From Deltaproteobacteria bacterium (GTDB lineage Bacteria; Desulfobacterota; Dissulfuribacteria; Dissulfuribacterales; UBA3076), in the NCBI GenBank assembly GCA_003194485.1, contig PQXD01000008.1, positions 6,130-70,129 on the forward strand: a stretch of DNA of 64,000 nt. The letters are read 5' to 3'. Below the pieces are notes generated by a model. The model made no database searches. It saw nothing but the letters and a program-made list of their open reading frames with translations, and was not told the DNA's origin. The translations under genes were made by a program, and so were the position numbers. Position 1 is the stretch's first letter. Each line of letters starts with the position of its first letter. Positions 61,198 to 64,000 of this stretch are shown here, in pieces.

Positions 61198-61832
61198 TCA
61201 TGGAAAAGCCAAAGATGATCTATCTTAACCCTCTCGCAGTCAGGATATGGCATTGGATCCACGCCATTGGAATAACAACTCTGTGCATTACAGGGGCCCA
61301 GATCAGGTTTCCCGAGTATATTAATCTCTTTGGTAGCTATAGAGCAGCGGTACTGGTTCATGATTATACCGGAATCTTCGTGTGCATCGATTGGTTGTTA
61401 TGGTTTTCATATTACGTATTCATTGACAAGAGCCTGATAAAGCTCTATGTCCCAACCCTTGACGACCTGAAAACGGGTGTCATAAGACAGATGCTGTTCT
61501 ATGGCTTCAACTACTTCCGGGGCAAACCCAACCCGCATCATCCCACGCCTGACAACAAATTCAATCCCATGCAGAAGGGGGCATACCTGATGATCATGAC
61601 TGCACTTGTACCGATCGTCCTGTTGTCAGGCCTGCTGCTCTTGCTGATTACGCAGAAATGGATGATAGCATTAGGCGGGGTAAAAATAGTGGTCGGGATA
61701 CATTTCCTGCTGGCCTGCAGTTTTGCCGCCTTCCTCTTTGTCCACATGTATCTGGCTACCCTGGGGCACACATTCTGGGCACATATCATAACCATGATAA
61801 CCGGCTGGGAAGAAGAGGTAGAAGAACATTAG
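61194..61832 (+). CDS. Dihaem cytochrome b, HydC/FdnI (Ni/Fe-hydrogenase b-type cytochrome) family
   Basis: AVRIWHWIHAIGITTLCITGAQIRFPE and four predicted TM helices with conserved His (HW.H, VHDY, IHFLL, HMYLATLGH). ATGA overlap with the cytochrome c gene. Confidence 0.75.
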   Translation: MIMEKPKMIYLNPLAVRIWHWIHAIGITTLCITGAQIRFPEYINLFGSYRAAVLVHDYTGIFVCIDWLLWFSYYVFIDKSLIKLYVPTLDDLKTGVIRQMLFYGFNYFRGKPNPHHPTPDNKFNPMQKGAYLMIMTALVPIVLLSGLLLLLITQKWMIALGGVKIVVGIHFLLACSFAAFLFVHMYLATLGHTFWAHIITMITGWEEEVEEH

Positions 61833-61839
61833 TCGATAT

Positions 61840-61872
61840 GGGTTGAGACGACATTTCAGGTCGTCTCAACCC
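61840..61872. terminator. Perfect 13-bp-stem hairpin between convergent genes (terminator-like, no strong U-tract)
   Basis: GGGTTGAGACGAC-ATTTCAG-GTCGTCTCAACCC, 8 nt after the cytochrome b stop. The convergent response-regulator gene ends at 62001. Confidence 0.5.
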
Positions 61873-62000
61873 ATTGTTCAAGAAGCCCGTTGTAGATCTA
61901 TATAGAAACAGAGGAACTCATGCAAGGAAAGGATTGGATCTGCAGGACACTTTATGTTTCTTTTAAGACTTTTTTAATTACTTTAATTAACTCGACAGGA

Positions 62001-62386
62001 TCAATTGGTTTTTTCAATATAACCGTCTGGAATAGTATATTTTGTCAATCCCGTGCTCTCAACAAATTTCTTTTCATCACGAAGCGGTTGTTTGAACATG
62101 AAATTTCTGAAATCGACACCTGTCACCTCAGAGACCCCGGTCTGCACGATCACTGGAGTATTGCTCATGTCCGGGTCTTTTCTCAATTCCTGAAACATGG
62201 CAATGCCACTTTTTTTGGCATCATCAGGTCGAGCAGAACCAGATCAGGCTTTTCCTTGCGCAAGAGTTCCAGCCCCTCGATCCCATTACTGGCACTTATG
62301 CTTGAATAGCCGTTCTCTTCAAGAATCGCACTGATAAAGGTTATAATATCGGGCTCATCGTCCACAATAAGTATCTTTTTAGCCAT
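62001..62386 (-). CDS. Single-domain response regulator interrupted by a frameshift in a homopolymer
   Basis: ORF 62183-62482 gives MAKKILIVDDEPDIITFISAILEENGYSSISASNGIEGLELLRKEKPDLVLLDLMMPKK, then drifts off frame. ORF 62001-62198 resumes with MFQELRKDPDMSNTPVIVQTG.... The junction is the T7 run (A7 on the coding strand) at 62210-62216. Confidence 0.8.
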
Positions 62387-62487
62387 TTCCTTCCTCGCTT
62401 CTATAATTAGAAAGTCCTTATGCAAGCCTATCTCTTCAACTGAATGAATACATAGCACGGAATACCTCGCCTTGAAAGACAAAATGC

Positions 62488-62682
62488 GTAAATATCCGGT
62501 GAACCCGTTATATCCTGCCTTGGAGCGGTTACCTTTTTCCGGGTTTCAAAGCTCACTCATCGCAGACCGGAGAGGCAGTGCAATCCGGCCCGCGATCGAA
62601 ACCCTGCAAAAGGCAAACCGCTCCTGCGGCAGGGCACGGATGGCAACTTCCACAGTGGACCACGGGTTCACCGGATATTTAC
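62488..62682 (+). mobile_element. Type-A MITE, short form (195 bp), copy A6
   Basis: Standard termini. Perfect 8-bp direct repeat CAAAATGC on both flanks. Confidence 0.88.
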
Positions 62683-62849
62683 CAAAATGCCATCAGTCGG
62701 CTGCGTTCCGTCCCCGGCTGTGTTGTCAAGAGAGAAATACAAAATGATTATACTGCGCAAATGCAAAAACCAAAGCCGGGTCGAAGGACGATTGCCTATG
62801 AGGAATTTGATGACCTGTCTGCAGGCAAGGCGGCTGGTCCCGCTATTTG

Positions 62850-62877
62850 GAGAAAAACGGGGGCCAAAAGGCCCCCG
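62850..62877 (-). terminator. Intrinsic terminator downstream of the outer-membrane barrel gene
   Basis: The minus strand reads CGGGGGCC-TTTT-GGCCCCCG followed by TTTTTCT, about 37 nt after the stop at 62914. Confidence 0.65.
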
Positions 62878-62913
62878 CTCATCTTTTCGGATCACAGATA
62901 GACCGGTAAAGGC

Positions 62914-63783
62914 CTAAAATCTGAAGGTCAGGTAGGTCATGAGAGACTGGTATTGTCCACTCTCGTCTCCGTAAACATAGGGATCCTGGTCATCAACATC
63001 TGTATAGAGGTAGTTTACAGTGATGCCGACATAGTCATTAATGGCATAGCTTGCACCTACGTTGATATCCCAGACCGTATAATCCAGCTTGGAGAAGGAC
63101 TCCATTTCGTTGTTGTTGGCAACGTCGTAAGTCCCCCCCCAGCCTGAACTATCAGGATCCAACGGATTAACACCGCCGGTATGTGAATCACTGGCAAAGT
63201 CTACGTTCTGAATTTTGCTGTCAGCTATGCTGTATGAAGCGCCCCCATTGAAGCTCAATCCGGGCAACGGGTTATAGTTGGCAGAAACCATGAAGGTATG
63301 GACATCGGAAACATAATCCATATTGGAGCAGTACGGACGGACCCCGTCCGAAAGTTTACCCGCTCAGCCATGGTAATATGGGACATAGTACTCCGAATCC
63401 ATATTGTTCCTCAAGTAATTATAGCCAAGTGTCATGGATAATTTATTTATTGGAGTGACTGTCACGTCTACGCCGGAATCCAGGAGATCATCCTTGTACT
63501 TGTATTCAAGGTCTTCGTTATTCACTCCATGGACATACCGGGTATAGGCTGAGACAAACAGCATGTCCATTGGACTCCAGTTGGCCTTCATCTTGGCTTC
63601 ATGCTCGAACTCAGGATCAGTAGACATGTTGTGCGTCCGGGTCCCATAGACATACTCACCGTATGTATATGGGGGATGACCTGCAGTAAAGTCCAGATCC
63701 TGCTCGGTAGGATATGCAGCGTCCTCTAAGGCATAAGAGCGTGTCCCGTAAATCATATCAGCCGAAGATTTCGATTCGGCCAA
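62914..63783 (-). pseudogene. Outer-membrane beta-barrel (porin-like) gene, 5'-truncated and interrupted by an in-frame TGA
   Basis: ORFs 63364-63783 and 62914-63321 are in the same frame, separated by a single TGA at 63364-63366. Alternating aromatic/Gly beta-strand pattern and a C-terminal ...LMTYLTFRF (terminal Phe). No signal peptide, and a stop lies 9 nt upstream of the TTG start. Confidence 0.6.
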
Positions 63784-63884
63784 ATTTTGGCCTTATGCCC
63801 CTCTGGACTTTCTGGAAATGCTGATTATTGAGATTCATTGTCATAAGAGCCTTATTCCACCCCCTGTTTTCCTCTATTTTATGC

Positions 63885-63998
63885 TCATATTGCCGTTTTT
63901 CTGTCGCCATATCTGTATAGCTTCAAAATATTGTGCGCACTGCACCATAAGGTGAATTCGTTCTTAACCTTCTCAAGTCCACGTAAGAGAAAGCCGGG
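63885..63998 (-). mobile_element. 3' end of a DDE transposase gene (IS1182/IS5-like C-terminus); the rest of the IS lies beyond the window end
   Basis: Minus-strand frame reads ...GFLLRGLEKVKNEFTLWCSAHNILKLYRYGDRKTAI*, the characteristic C-terminal RGLEKV...L.C.AHN..KL motif of this transposase group. The IS terminus must lie between about 63784 and 63884. Confidence 0.65.
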
Positions 63999-64000
63999 GA

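Noticed and set aside
3398-62682. Possibility that the repeated about 195-bp units constitute a CRISPR array or tandem repeat.
   Set aside because: The copies are dispersed singly over 59 kb and are internally palindromic. They are flanked by target-site duplications, with no regular repeat-spacer periodicity and no cas genes.

Overview
All calls come from reading the sequence and the supplied ORF track by eye. No searches or computations were run, so family names are motif-level recognitions.

The window is a 64-kb chromosomal segment made mostly of core housekeeping operons. Futalosine menaquinone genes, multihaem cytochromes, a Tol cluster and a sigma-54 cluster suggest an anaerobic Desulfobacterota/deltaproteobacterium-like organism; this is inference only.

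Gene order:
- recJ-rlmN-pfk (minus strand), then murI, icd and comF.
- A DUF2325 protein plus an orphan histidine kinase.
- feoA-feoA-feoB, with feoB split into two ORFs, plus two periplasmic metal-uptake-type proteins.
- An RR-PAS-HK, a solute-binding protein, and cpoB-tolB-tolA-tolR-tolQ with no pal.
- mqnD-mqnB-MBL hydrolase-UPF0280-gpsA-gyrA, then nikR.
- An AmgK-like kinase, a YhdP/AsmA-like giant protein and cobO.
- pyrG-kdsA-kdsC-lptC-lptA-lptB-rpoN-hpf-ptsN-rapZ-EIIA(Man).
- gap, a 1425-aa PPDK-like protein, then pgk-tpiA-secG-tRNA-Leu(GAG).
- A phosphorelay block (RR-HK, RR, haem-sensor hybrid HK) with a tetrahaem cytochrome.
- A divergent nonahaem cytochrome c plus cytochrome b pair.
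- A frameshifted response regulator, a broken outer-membrane barrel gene and the 3' end of a transposase.

The most unusual content is non-coding. A dense family of palindromic MITEs is present: six type-A copies and one type-B copy, most with clean 8-bp target duplications. Three type-A copies carry a nested inner module, and its hairpin core is shared with type B and shows arm-to-arm compensatory changes. Several low-complexity inverted-repeat shells (GTTCA, GAACATC and TTAGC classes) are also present, and one of them encloses a decayed four-helix-bundle gene.

The most unusual coding feature is the PPDK-derived ATP-grasp plus phospho-His swivel module. It lacks the PEP/pyruvate domain, is fused to about 900 aa of unrecognisable sequence, and sits inside the gap-pgk-tpiA operon.

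Reading-frame disruptions (rlmN, a response regulator at a homopolymer, an OMP in-frame TGA) and the feoB split may be real or may be assembly errors.
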